Virus record (IMG/VR): IMGVR_UViG_3300045988_066741
DNA length: 41,315 bases
Reading direction: 5' to 3' (one strand)
DNA from: a virus
In this document: in pieces, positions 8,197-16,818 of the stretch
Numbering within the stretch: position 1 is the first letter of the stretch
Layout: each line of letters begins with the position of its first letter
Notes under the pieces: model-generated
Told to the model about the DNA's origin: nothing
Database searches by the model: none
Seen by the model: only the letters and a program-made list of their open reading frames with translations
Position numbers and translations under genes: made by a program

Positions 8197-8616
8197 CTAA
8201 ATATCGCGCAGAGCTGCTTCCAGGTGCTTGTACATTCCCGGTCTTGAGTATCCGTACTTTTCTGCAACTCCCGCCATCGGTTCGTGAAGCAGTGTAAGTT
8301 CTATCAGTGCCTCTCTGTCCTGCGGGTCCAGGTTTTCAATCCACCCGCACTCCTGAATCAGCCCTGCCAGCATCCTTGCCTCTTTTTCTTTTGCCTCTAC
8401 GGCTTCGATCAGGGCCACAGGCGAGGCATTCGGGTCGTGCTGGTAGTGTGGAAGGGGGAGCGGTGATCTGGCCTGCTGCGGGCTCAGGACGGGGCCGGAG
8501 CGGGCGAGCCCGGTCATCTGGTGCCTCAGCACCTCGATGTCCTGGTTGACCCTTATCAGTCTGCGGTTGTAGTAGACCGTCCCTCTCAGCTGCTGGATTG
8601 ATTCTCTGTAGTCCAT
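8197..8616 (-). CDS. Sigma-70 region-4-like late transcriptional activator (DUF1492/RinA/ArpU-type position)
   Basis: 139 aa. The C-terminal segment LDPQDREALIELTLLHEPMAGVAEKYGYSRPGMYKHLEAAL looks like a sigma r4 HTH. It is the last gene before the terminator and the packaging module. SD GGAGG. Confidence 0.6.
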   Translation of the reverse strand: MDYRESIQQLRGTVYYNRRLIRVNQDIEVLRHQMTGLARSGPVLSPQQARSPLPLPHYQHDPNASPVALIEAVEAKEKEARMLAGLIQECGWIENLDPQDREALIELTLLHEPMAGVAEKYGYSRPGMYKHLEAALRDI

Positions 8617-8620
8617 CTCG

Positions 8621-9985
8621 TTACCTCCTCAGGGCTTCTATCAGTGCCTTCTGTGTCACGTCCTTTGTTTCAAGTGCCCGTGCCTCGTCTTCGTCTATCG
8701 TTCCTTCGGCCATGATCCGGTAGATGGTCACGGGCTGTGTCTGGCCTTGTCTGTAGATGCGTGCGTTTGCCTGCTGGTAGAGCTCCAGGTTCCAGTTCGG
8801 CAGGCTGTACCAGATTGCGATGTGCCCGCCCTGCTGGAGGTTCAGCCCGTGGCCTGCGCTTGCCGGGTGAACCAGGAGAACCTCGATGTTTCCCAGGTTC
8901 CAGTCTGTGATGTCCTTTGCTGTCGTCAGTGCTCTTGCCTTGTGGTCCTTCTGCAGGTGTGCGAGGAGTCGTTCCTTCTCGTGCTGGAACCAGTAGAACA
9001 CGATCACCGGATTTCCGTTGGCTGCTTCTATCAGGTCGTCGAGTGCATCCAGCTTCGTGCTGTGGAGGCATTTCGTGCCCTCTGCGCGGCTGTTCATGTT
9101 TTCCCTGGTGTACACCTCTCCTGAGGTGATCTGCTTCAGCTGCGCGCACAGAACGCCCGCATTTGCTGCCATCACCTGCTCGTCTTCTATGCTTAGGATT
9201 TTCTCGCGTTTGAAAGCGTGGTATCTGTTCATCACTTCCTTCGGCAGTCTGACCATCCAGTCGAGGTATTTCACCGGCGGAAGTTCTGCGCAGTCCTTCT
9301 GGTCCAGGCTCATGCAGATGTCTCCGATTGCCTCGTAGATCCTTCTGTCTGCTCCAGGCTGCACGTTCCATTCGTACACGATGTAGCCGTTCCTTCTTCC
9401 CGGCTGCAGGTAGTTCTCTCGGAATATCGTCAGTGTCCGGCCGAGTCTCTTGCCTCTGTCCATCAGGTACACCTGGCTCCAGAGGTCAGGGATTCCTCTC
9501 GGGGCAGGGGTTCCGGTCAGTCCGATGAATCTGTTCACTCTTGGCATTACTCTCCGCAGTGCCTTGAATCTCTGGCTTCTCGGGTTCTTGAATGTTGACA
9601 GCTCGTCGATCACCACCATGTCAAATTTGAATTCTGAGGTCTCGTCAATCAGCCAGCAGACGTTCTCCTTGCCTATGAGGAAGATGTCCGCATCCTTCTC
9701 GAGTGCCTTCCTTCTCTGCTTCGGGGTTCCTGCAACTACCGAGTAGGTCATGTCTCTTGTGTGGTCCCACTTCTGTATCTCGTCCGGCCATGTGCTCTGT
9801 ACGACTCTGACGGGTCCAATGATCAGAACTCTCTGAATCAGTCCGAGGAGCAGCAGGTCCTGGATGATGGTCAGCGTGGTCACTGTCTTTCCTGCTCCCA
9901 TCGGCAGGAAGAGTCCGCATCGGTCATTGTCGAGTGCGAACTCTATCGCCTTTCTCTGATAGGCGTGCGGTTCAAAACTCGTCAT
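8621..9985 (-). CDS. SNF2-family helicase
   Basis: Motifs LPMGAGKT (I), DELSTFKN (II), LTGTP (III) and QANARIYRQGQ (VI). Confidence 0.9.
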   Translation of the reverse strand: MTSFEPHAYQRKAIEFALDNDRCGLFLPMGAGKTVTTLTIIQDLLLLGLIQRVLIIGPVRVVQSTWPDEIQKWDHTRDMTYSVVAGTPKQRRKALEKDADIFLIGKENVCWLIDETSEFKFDMVVIDELSTFKNPRSQRFKALRRVMPRVNRFIGLTGTPAPRGIPDLWSQVYLMDRGKRLGRTLTIFRENYLQPGRRNGYIVYEWNVQPGADRRIYEAIGDICMSLDQKDCAELPPVKYLDWMVRLPKEVMNRYHAFKREKILSIEDEQVMAANAGVLCAQLKQITSGEVYTRENMNSRAEGTKCLHSTKLDALDDLIEAANGNPVIVFYWFQHEKERLLAHLQKDHKARALTTAKDITDWNLGNIEVLLVHPASAGHGLNLQQGGHIAIWYSLPNWNLELYQQANARIYRQGQTQPVTIYRIMAEGTIDEDEARALETKDVTQKALIEALRR

Positions 9986-10286
9986 AGTTGTTCATGTTCG
10001 GGCATCTTGCGTAGGTCTTCAGCTCGTTCACGAACTGATCGACCTGCTCCTTGCTTGAAAGCACGTATATGAATGCGCCCAGTCTCTTCATCTGTCGGAA
10101 GACTGTCACCTGCAGAGGCCTTGGCGTTTCTCCCGGTCTTTTGAGCTCGACGAACATCGTACGTCCCTCGTGAATGATGATCCTGTCTGGAACTCCTGCA
10201 GTCCCTGGAGATGTGAACTTGAGGCACATCCCTCCGATCAGTCCGATTCTGCTGTGGAGGTGTCTTTCTACCTGACTCTCAGTCAT
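9972..10286 (-). CDS. VRR-NUC domain nuclease
   Basis: Motif GVPDRIIIHEGRTMFVELKRPGETPRPLQ. ATG at 10286 forms an ATGA overlap with the upstream stop. The ORF-track start at 10484 adds an Arg-rich extension that overlaps the upstream gene. Confidence 0.8.
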   Translation of the reverse strand: MTESQVERHLHSRIGLIGGMCLKFTSPGTAGVPDRIIIHEGRTMFVELKRPGETPRPLQVTVFRQMKRLGAFIYVLSSKEQVDQFVNELKTYARCPNMNNYDEF

Positions 10287-10510
10287 TTTCTGTCTCCGTA
10301 GAATGACTTCATTGTCTGCTCGAACTTCTTTGCGCAGTCTGGGCACAGGTCTCTGCGGTCTTCTGTTCTTACCCATCCTTCCGGAAGGTCTTCGTAGCAG
10401 TCCGGTAAGTTGATACCATTCGGTGTTCTTACTGCTCTTTCTGGATCCTGCTTTACTGTGATTGCTGTGTGGCATCTGTCGCATTCGACGTATAATCTTT
10501 TCTCTCTCAT
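10283..10510 (-). CDS. Small zinc-ribbon protein (CxxC...CxxC)
   Basis: 75 aa with CDRC and CPDC pairs. SD upstream, and translationally coupled to VRR-NUC. Confidence 0.6.
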   Translation of the reverse strand: MREKRLYVECDRCHTAITVKQDPERAVRTPNGINLPDCYEDLPEGWVRTEDRRDLCPDCAKKFEQTMKSFYGDRK

Positions 10511-10528
10511 ATTGTTCTCCTTTTTCCT

Positions 10529-10933
10529 TTATAGTCCCAGCTCTTCTGGTGTGTATCTCTTTTCAAGTTCCAGTCCCTTGTACATCCTGCCCTTTTTAAA
10601 GCTCGGGAAAGACATACTGTCGTCTTTTAAAATTATTAAAATATATTCTTTCCCGGCAGGGGTTTCTAACTTTTTAATTACTGTAACTTCTTTTCTGAAG
10701 GGTCTGATTACTTCGCTGAGGTATTTCTTCTCTACCTTGTCGAGGAGTTTCTGCTTGTACTCCTGTGCCATCCATTCCAGGATACTGTTCGTGTAGTTCA
10801 TGCTGATGGTCTTGATCTCTGGATCGATATAGTTCTGAATATTGAAGAAAATCATGCTGGGGTCTTTGTAGTACTTCTTCAGGATACTCTTCAGTCTTTT
10901 CTTGTAATGTTCCAGGTTTGTTTCTTTTTCCAT
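10529..10933 (-). CDS. Hypothetical protein in an AT-rich island
   Basis: 134-aa ORF with an SD. No motif recognised. The local composition is visibly AT-richer than the neighbouring genes. Confidence 0.55.
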   Translation of the reverse strand: MEKETNLEHYKKRLKSILKKYYKDPSMIFFNIQNYIDPEIKTISMNYTNSILEWMAQEYKQKLLDKVEKKYLSEVIRPFRKEVTVIKKLETPAGKEYILIILKDDSMSFPSFKKGRMYKGLELEKRYTPEELGL

Positions 10934-10934
10934 G

Positions 10935-11138
10935 TCATTGTTCCTCCTTCAGTAGTTTTAACAGGTCATCGTAGATGAGGTGTTCAACGTCTTCAAGTGA
11001 GCATTTTCGAGAACCGTAGTCTAGATAGCTTGCTCTGCACCCTTGGCATGCATAGCCTCGTGGCCAGCACCATTTTTCTTCAATAGTCTTTCTTAGATAC
11101 TTAAAGCTTTCTTGCACCTTTTGGTTTTGTGATGTCAT
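10935..11138 (-). CDS. Hypothetical Cys-containing small protein
   Basis: 67 aa. Strong SD AGAGGAGGAACAACGAA-ATG. Contains CWPRGYACQGC...C. Confidence 0.55.
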   Translation of the reverse strand: MTSQNQKVQESFKYLRKTIEEKWCWPRGYACQGCRASYLDYGSRKCSLEDVEHLIYDDLLKLLKEEQ

Positions 11139-11154
11139 TTCGTTGTTCCTCCTC

Positions 11155-11229
11155 TTATTTCATGATCCATTTTATGAACATCAGCCATGCTGCCAGGATT
11201 ACCAGTATCGTGATGTCGTTTGTTGTCAT
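11155..11229 (-). CDS. Possible 24-aa hydrophobic peptide
   Basis: ATG at 11229 follows AAGGAAAG. The peptide is MTTNDITILVILAAWLMFIKWIMK. Too short to verify. Confidence 0.25.
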   Translation of the reverse strand: MTTNDITILVILAAWLMFIKWIMK

Positions 11230-11265
11230 TTCGTGTATTTCTTTCCTTGTGTTTTTTTTGATGCA

Positions 11266-11493
11266 AACGGTGTGAACGGTGTAACTCCCTCGCGCGTATA
11301 TGCGTATATGCGTGTATATATGCGTGCATATGTGCGTTTTTTCTATGTATTTCATTAAGTTATAGAATCACTGTTATCACCGTTTACAAAGTTCATTTTT
11401 TCTTTTATTTATGCGGATATTCGTGTAAACGGCAACCCATTTTTAAGTGTTATCAGCCGTTGTCACCGTTTTCGCGTCACCGTTATCACTGTT
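11266..11493. promoter_or_regulatory. Iteron cluster, putative replication origin
   Basis: AACGGTGT at 11266-11273 and 11275-11282. The inverted copy TCACCGTT is at 11377-11384, 11463-11470 and 11477-11484. Degenerate TCACTGTT is at 11368-11375 and 11486-11493, and TCAGCCGTT at 11453-11461. The extended consensus is GTTRTCACYGTT. The cluster flanks A/T-rich DNA and the alternating tract, directly downstream of the primase gene. Confidence 0.5.
11291..11336. repeat. Perfect 46-nt alternating pyrimidine-purine tract, (YR)23
   Basis: cgcgcgtatatgcgtatatgcgtgtatatatgcgtgcatatgtgcg. Each position was checked and there is no break in the Y-R alternation. Confidence 0.95.
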
Positions 11494-13876
11494 TGCGGAA
11501 TCTCTCAAGGCTGTTATCTACTCCGGGTTTCCTGTACGCCCTCTGAAATCCGTAGAAGGCTCCAAATCTTGCATTACCTTTTCGGTCCCATCCGATCCGG
11601 GTCATGATTGCCTTCAGTTCTCGCTGGTCAGCGTTACCAAAATTGACGCGACTTCCATCGAATACCTCGCACCAGATTTCCAGCAGGCACACCCTGTCTC
11701 TTTCCACGGTGCCCTGGTTGTCCGGGTTCTCCAGCCATGACTTCCTCTCGAACAGGGTCATGTCCTTCCATCCTTCCGGCAGCTTTCTTTCCAGGTAGTC
11801 CCGCACCAGGTCCTCTCGTACGGAGTGGTATGTATGATCGTCCTGGATCCTTGTGGCCGTCTCTGTCAGTTCTCTGTCCAGGTACAGTGGCTCCTTGTCC
11901 TTGTATCTCTGCACTGCTTCCGCCCAGATCTGATCACGCTCCTGCGGCAGTTCGTCAAAGATGTTTTTTGTTGCTGCTGTTGCGTCTGTCTGTATCGGCA
12001 GGAATCTTCTGTTTCCTGTAAAGTCCCGCAGGAACTCGTCATCGTTTGTCGTGCCTACAAAGACGCACTGTCTTGGATTGTCTGTCACCCTTCTTGCGTA
12101 CGCCTTGCGGTAGCGGTCGTCTCTCTTTGAGATGAACTGCTTCATGGATTCGATGTCTGATTTCTTTGCTGCGGAAAGTTCAGCCCACTCGACGATCCAG
12201 CTTCCGTGCAGTGCCTCGTAGCCTTCCTTGCCCTGGATGCTTGTGATGGAATCACTGAACCACTCTCCGCCCATGATGCTCAGCATGTGGCTCTTTCCTA
12301 TGCCCTGCTTGCCTATGAGTACCGGCATGCTGTCAAACTTGCACCCTGGCTCGAATACGCGCGCCACGGCTGCTGTGAACGTCTTTCTTGCCACTGCCCT
12401 TGTGTAGGGGCTGTCTTCTGCTCCCAGGTAGTCAATGAACAGCGTGTCCAGCCTTTCCTGCCCGTCCCATTTCAGTGTGCTGAGGTAGTCCCTCACCGGG
12501 TGAAAGCTGTTTTTCTCGTGTACGAATGCGATGGCATCGTCCACCTTGCCCTTGGCTACGATCCTGTATACCTTCTCCAGGTAGTAGCGCAGTCCGGCAT
12601 CGTCCGTGTCGTCCCAGGTGTTATTGTCGTTGTAGCTCCACCATGGCAGACTTCCAACCTTGACAGGCTTCTGCTGGAACAGGTCGGTTCCGCCGACGCT
12701 GTCCTTCAGTTTTCTGTCATGTGTCATGATCTGCACGATGTTGTCTGTCGTGGCCATGAGGTTTCCCTTCTTGTCCATCGCCAGTGCTTCCATCCACGCA
12801 TCGTCGTCCTGCGTGTCATTTTCAGTGTCCTGTTGCGAGTTTTTCGCATCTGCACCACTGATTTCGTCACCCCAGGCGTCTTTTGCCTCCTGTGCCTTCT
12901 CTTTTGCCAGCTGTTCCTTTGTTGCCGTGTCACGGCTTGCGAGGTCCAGCATCTTCTTCTGGCTGTCCGGGTCGTCCCTGAACAGGTGCACTCTTACCAG
13001 GTCGAATGCGTTGCACAGCTGCTGGCTCGCGGGGTCCGTGCTGTGGTTCGAATATGCGAACTTGTCATCATAGATCACCAGTCCTCCGGCCGTGCTTCCC
13101 TTGGCGTAGGTCCAGCGGTTATCGCTGGCTGTCGGGATGTATTCCTCCGGGATGAACTTCTCTATTGCCTCCTGGATTGTGTAGGTTCTGCAGAATGCTC
13201 CGATCCATCCCTGCTTTGTCAGCGGGTCTTCCTGCTTCTTTCCCAGGTGTGCCCGGATGTCCGTCTCTCGTGATGATCTTGGCCATGTGCTGATGTCGTG
13301 CCAGTCTCTGTAGGAGGCCAGCACCTCATCGGCGCACAGTGTCTCTCCGTCCTTCTGTACGAAGACATATTCTCCGTCGCTGCTGGTGCTCGGCCAGAAC
13401 ATCATTCTTGATGGCTGGTATGTCGTGTCGTCGAAGTCATCCAGGCCGATAAACTCTGCCGTACGGCGCGCTATGGCCTCGTATTCTTCAGGCGTGACTT
13501 CTCTGTCCAGCGGGATGATCCATCGGTATTTCGGTGTGTTCCGGCTGTGCTTGTGCGTGCTGTAGATGCAGCAGCGGTACGGGTAGAGCAGGTCGATCAT
13601 GTCTGTGAAGTCCTTCTTTGCGAAGTCTGCATCCAGCGTGACCATGGATCTGCATACGACGTTCTGGTTCAGTCTTCTGCCGTCCCTCAGCTCGCCGGCC
13701 ACGAATCCGCCGACATCCTTGATGTCAGCCTGCCGGTCCTTTGTCTTTTTCTTGTATTCCTCCAGGGTCTCTTTTGTGCGGGTCGTGTGTTCCAGCTTGG
13801 CCAGAATCTGTTCCCACGTGACCTCCCTGTTCAGGTAGGTCTTCTGATTCCTGTTCTTGCAGGTAGCTATTTTCAT
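11486..13876 (-). CDS. Primase-polymerase / VirE-family (P-loop) replication protein
   Basis: N-terminal prim-pol-like signature (VTLDADF, YSTHKH). C-terminal VirE-like NTPase with Walker A LIGKQGIGKS. ATG at 13876 lies just after the polymerase stop. The ORF-track start at 13915 overlaps the polymerase gene. Confidence 0.85.
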   Translation of the reverse strand: MKIATCKNRNQKTYLNREVTWEQILAKLEHTTRTKETLEEYKKKTKDRQADIKDVGGFVAGELRDGRRLNQNVVCRSMVTLDADFAKKDFTDMIDLLYPYRCCIYSTHKHSRNTPKYRWIIPLDREVTPEEYEAIARRTAEFIGLDDFDDTTYQPSRMMFWPSTSSDGEYVFVQKDGETLCADEVLASYRDWHDISTWPRSSRETDIRAHLGKKQEDPLTKQGWIGAFCRTYTIQEAIEKFIPEEYIPTASDNRWTYAKGSTAGGLVIYDDKFAYSNHSTDPASQQLCNAFDLVRVHLFRDDPDSQKKMLDLASRDTATKEQLAKEKAQEAKDAWGDEISGADAKNSQQDTENDTQDDDAWMEALAMDKKGNLMATTDNIVQIMTHDRKLKDSVGGTDLFQQKPVKVGSLPWWSYNDNNTWDDTDDAGLRYYLEKVYRIVAKGKVDDAIAFVHEKNSFHPVRDYLSTLKWDGQERLDTLFIDYLGAEDSPYTRAVARKTFTAAVARVFEPGCKFDSMPVLIGKQGIGKSHMLSIMGGEWFSDSITSIQGKEGYEALHGSWIVEWAELSAAKKSDIESMKQFISKRDDRYRKAYARRVTDNPRQCVFVGTTNDDEFLRDFTGNRRFLPIQTDATAATKNIFDELPQERDQIWAEAVQRYKDKEPLYLDRELTETATRIQDDHTYHSVREDLVRDYLERKLPEGWKDMTLFERKSWLENPDNQGTVERDRVCLLEIWCEVFDGSRVNFGNADQRELKAIMTRIGWDRKGNARFGAFYGFQRAYRKPGVDNSLERFRKQ

Positions 13877-13880
13877 ATCT

Positions 13881-15905
13881 CTAGTCCTTCTTGTAGTAAT
13901 CGCTCTGGAAGCCATCGGCCGTCAGTACGATGTCAGGCGCCCAGGCTGGCGGTGTGGCCATGATCTTCTCGAGCCTTGCCAGTCTTGCGTCTGCCTCGTC
14001 CTCTGGTACTTCACAGATGACTTCATCGTGTACGTGCATCACCGGCCGGAAGTTCTCCGCTTCCAGCGTGGCCAGCGTGTCGCACAGGCAGTCCCTTGCG
14101 ATGCTCTGCACCACGTTCTCGGTCAGCTTTCCGCCCCATGTGGTGATGCGAGTCCACTGTCTTGTGGTCTGGTTCAGTCCCATGTATGAGATCTGCCCGT
14201 CCATGATCACCGGCTGGACGTATGCGATGCTGCGTCCGTTCGGCAGTCTGATGAACAGTACCTCACCGTCTCTGTAGACTGCCATGTTGCGGTCAAGTCT
14301 CGCCGGGATGCCCTGGATTGCCATTCGTACGGCATCGTCCAGCTTCGACCAGTACTTCTTGATGTGCGGGCTTGCCTTGCGCCACTTCTGCACGATGTCA
14401 TTCATTTCTTCCTCTGTCAGTCCCATGGATTCTCCTCCCATGGCCCTGAGGGCATTGACGCCGCCTCCGTAGCCCAGGGCGAGCTCTGCGATCTTTCCCT
14501 TCTGTCTGAGATGCCCGTTCACGCCGTGCTTTACGACCGGCACTCCGAACATCTGCGATGCGCTGGCGCAGTAGATGTCCTTGCCTTCTCTGAATGCTTC
14601 CTGGCGCCATGTCTCCCGCGTCAGCCAGGCTGTCACTCTTGCCTCGATGGCCGAGTAGTCTGCAACTACGAATCGGTAGCCTTCCGCTGGTACGATGGCC
14701 GTTCTGATCAGCGTACTGAATACGTCGTTAAGGCTTCCGTACAGAAGCTGCGCCATTTCCCATTCCTCGTCCTTGACCAGCTCTCTTGCTCCATCGAAGT
14801 CATCGAATGTGTTTCGTGGGAAGTTCTGCGGCTGGATCAGTCTGCCTGCAAAGCGTCCGGTTCTGCCTCCATAGAACTGGAAGCATCCGCGGACTCTGTT
14901 GTCCCTGCAGGCGCTGCGCTGGAAGCAGTCATACTTCTTCACGCTGGTCTTGCCGAGCTCCTGTCTGATTTCCAGGACACGCCTTGTCTGTGGCGTGATG
15001 TCCTGTTTTAACAGCTCAGTTACCGCTGTCTTGTTCAGGCTCTCTATTGCATGGCCTTCCTGCCGTTCGATCCAGCTCTTCAGCTGTGCGAGGCTGTTCG
15101 GATTCTCCAGGTGCGTCAGGTCATGTGCTTCTTTCTGCAGCTGTGCTGTCAGTACCTCGTGCTCCATGAGCACCTTGCCTACAAGATCAGCGTCTATGCC
15201 GATTCCTCTGTCATTGATGTGCTGGTCAACCTGCCAGTTCTTCCATTCCTGGTCGAGTACTGGACAGATGCGGTTGAGCTTTTCAAATATGAATTTCTCT
15301 GTGACTACGTCCTGCCTGTTGTACTCTACGAATGTTTCCCACTTGTCTGGTGCATCCGCGGCCGTGTTCCTTGTTCGTCCATGGTTGCTGATGGTCGGTT
15401 TGCATGGCTTGCAGAAATACTGAATCAGGCGCTTTCCTGCGGCCATCTTCTTCTTGTCTTCCGGCAGTCCCAGGGCATTTCCAAGCTGCGCCAGGCTGTT
15501 CGGGTAGCCCAGCTCTGCGGCCATGATCATTGTGTCCTGCCACTGCTCCGGTGGTAGAAAATCCAGAGGCTCCTTTGCATCTGGACTTCTGTATGTATTG
15601 ATAATTGTCTGTGGTAGCTTTCTGATGTATGCGCTCAGGCAGGTTCTTTCGAATGCTGCATTGTGCGCAACCTTAATAATGCGTGGATCCATGAGCAGTT
15701 TCACAAATCCGTCGTCGTACAGCGTCTCCGGTGTCGGATGTTCGATTACCTTTACGGGTCCGTCGTCAGAGGCATACCCGAAGAGGAGGATTTCGAAGTC
15801 CTCGCTCTCCGCGTATTTGTATGCTCCGCATTCTTTCAAATTGACGCTGGAGTATGTCTCCAGGTCGATATGCAGATACCTTGGCTTCCTAGAGAAGGTC
15901 GCCAT
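13881..15905 (-). CDS. Family A DNA polymerase with 3'-5' exonuclease domain
   Basis: Exo motifs HIDLETYS, NAAFERT and YNRQDV. Pol motifs DYSAIEARV (A), RQKGKIAELALGYGG (B) and HVHDEV (C). Confidence 0.95.
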   Translation of the reverse strand: MATFSRKPRYLHIDLETYSSVNLKECGAYKYAESEDFEILLFGYASDDGPVKVIEHPTPETLYDDGFVKLLMDPRIIKVAHNAAFERTCLSAYIRKLPQTIINTYRSPDAKEPLDFLPPEQWQDTMIMAAELGYPNSLAQLGNALGLPEDKKKMAAGKRLIQYFCKPCKPTISNHGRTRNTAADAPDKWETFVEYNRQDVVTEKFIFEKLNRICPVLDQEWKNWQVDQHINDRGIGIDADLVGKVLMEHEVLTAQLQKEAHDLTHLENPNSLAQLKSWIERQEGHAIESLNKTAVTELLKQDITPQTRRVLEIRQELGKTSVKKYDCFQRSACRDNRVRGCFQFYGGRTGRFAGRLIQPQNFPRNTFDDFDGARELVKDEEWEMAQLLYGSLNDVFSTLIRTAIVPAEGYRFVVADYSAIEARVTAWLTRETWRQEAFREGKDIYCASASQMFGVPVVKHGVNGHLRQKGKIAELALGYGGGVNALRAMGGESMGLTEEEMNDIVQKWRKASPHIKKYWSKLDDAVRMAIQGIPARLDRNMAVYRDGEVLFIRLPNGRSIAYVQPVIMDGQISYMGLNQTTRQWTRITTWGGKLTENVVQSIARDCLCDTLATLEAENFRPVMHVHDEVICEVPEDEADARLARLEKIMATPPAWAPDIVLTADGFQSDYYKKD

Positions 15906-16494
15906 AGTCGTCTCCCAGGCTGTCTGTTACGGCCTGTTCGATTTCATCTTTCCAGTCTGCTACTGAGGCTTTGAATCCGCTTAGGCTGTCTCCGTCCTTA
16001 ATTTTGCATAGAGAATTAAGCCCGCAGGCGATGCCTTTCTTGGCCTTGCTGTATGGGTAGAAATTAAAGAGTACCTTTGCATAGCATCCGCTGTACACAA
16101 TCTCTGCGATTTCTTCGGGTTCTAGCTTTCTTTCTCCCTTTTCTACTGCCATGATCAGTGGTGGTGTGGCGGATTTTGCTGTAAGGATCCAGCTGTTTTT
16201 GTATTCTGGGCTGTCGGCGTAGCGTTCGTCCTGATCTCCGTCGATCAGGAGTCCTTCTCCTCCTGGCGCTCTTAGTAGAGGCGTAACTCTAGTTTTGAAG
16301 CTCTGACCGAATTTCTCCACGCCATGTTCTACGGCTTCTTCATAGCTCTTTTTGATCTGGTCGATGGTATTCTTGTCATCTTTGCTGATGATCATTCCAG
16401 TGCTGTATTTTGGTGTGTTGCCCTCTTCAAAGGCGTATGGTTTGTCCAAGTGTACATATGTGAGTCTTACTAGTCCTGTTCTTACGTTAGTCAT
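15889..16494 (-). CDS. DUF2815-family protein (phage ssDNA-binding-like)
   Basis: 201 aa. The N-terminus VRTGLVRLTYVHLDKPYA...KYSTGMIISKDD is the pattern I associate with DUF2815. Conserved position between the DUF2800 nuclease and the polymerase. Confidence 0.75.
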   Translation of the reverse strand: MTNVRTGLVRLTYVHLDKPYAFEEGNTPKYSTGMIISKDDKNTIDQIKKSYEEAVEHGVEKFGQSFKTRVTPLLRAPGGEGLLIDGDQDERYADSPEYKNSWILTAKSATPPLIMAVEKGERKLEPEEIAEIVYSGCYAKVLFNFYPYSKAKKGIACGLNSLCKIKDGDSLSGFKASVADWKDEIEQAVTDSLGDDYGDLL

Positions 16495-16649
16495 GCTTTC
16501 TTTTCCTCCCTAAGCATTAGATATTTCTTTTTTGTCAGCCTGCGCAGCTGTCTGATCTTGTCCGCCCTGTAGCGGTTGTTCTTCAGCCCCTGGATTTCTA
16601 TGTTGAGCTGTCTGATCTTGAGGCTCAGCGCCTTGATTTCATCCGTCAT
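16491..16649 (-). CDS. Micro-ORF (52 aa, basic coiled-coil-like)
   Basis: Own translation: MTDEIKALSLKIRQLNIEIQGLKNNRYRADKIRQLRRLTKKKYLMLREEKKA. Its stop overlaps the DUF2815 start (ATGA). The SD is weak. Confidence 0.35.
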   Translation of the reverse strand: MTDEIKALSLKIRQLNIEIQGLKNNRYRADKIRQLRRLTKKKYLMLREEKKA

Positions 16650-16818
16650 CTTTCTGTGCCTGCTCGATCAGTTCTTCCGCCTGGTACAGATAGTGAACGA
16701 TAGTTTTAAGATCTTCATGGACCTCTTTTACCGCTTCTCTCAGATATTCACAGCATTCATATGCATCATTGAGTGCTGTTTCTCTGTCTCTTGTTACATC
16801 TGTGTGATAGTCTTTCAT
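16639..16818 (-). CDS. Micro-ORF (59 aa, acidic)
   Basis: Own translation: MKDYHTDVTRDRETALNDAYECCEYLREAVKEVHEDLKTIVHYLYQAEELIEQAQKDDG. SD is GGAGAG. ATGA overlap with the upstream micro-ORF. Confidence 0.5.
   Translation of the reverse strand: MKDYHTDVTRDRETALNDAYECCEYLREAVKEVHEDLKTIVHYLYQAEELIEQAQKDDG

Noticed and set aside
11155-11355. A 66-aa minus-strand ORF spanning the alternating tract.
   Set aside because: Its N-terminal two thirds are a translation of the (YR)n repeat (HICTHIYTHIRIYA). Only the last 24 codons have an SD, and they are reported separately at low confidence.
12206-13273. A long plus-strand ORF (355 aa) and many similar ones (for example 4375-5031, 5229-5882, 6236-6871, 14364-15011, 16865-17578, 25507-26307).
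   Set aside because: All lie antisense to minus-strand genes that have clear family motifs. Their products are low-complexity (Cys/Leu/Val/Ser-rich), they lack SD sites, and they are typical shadow ORFs of a strongly strand-biased genome.
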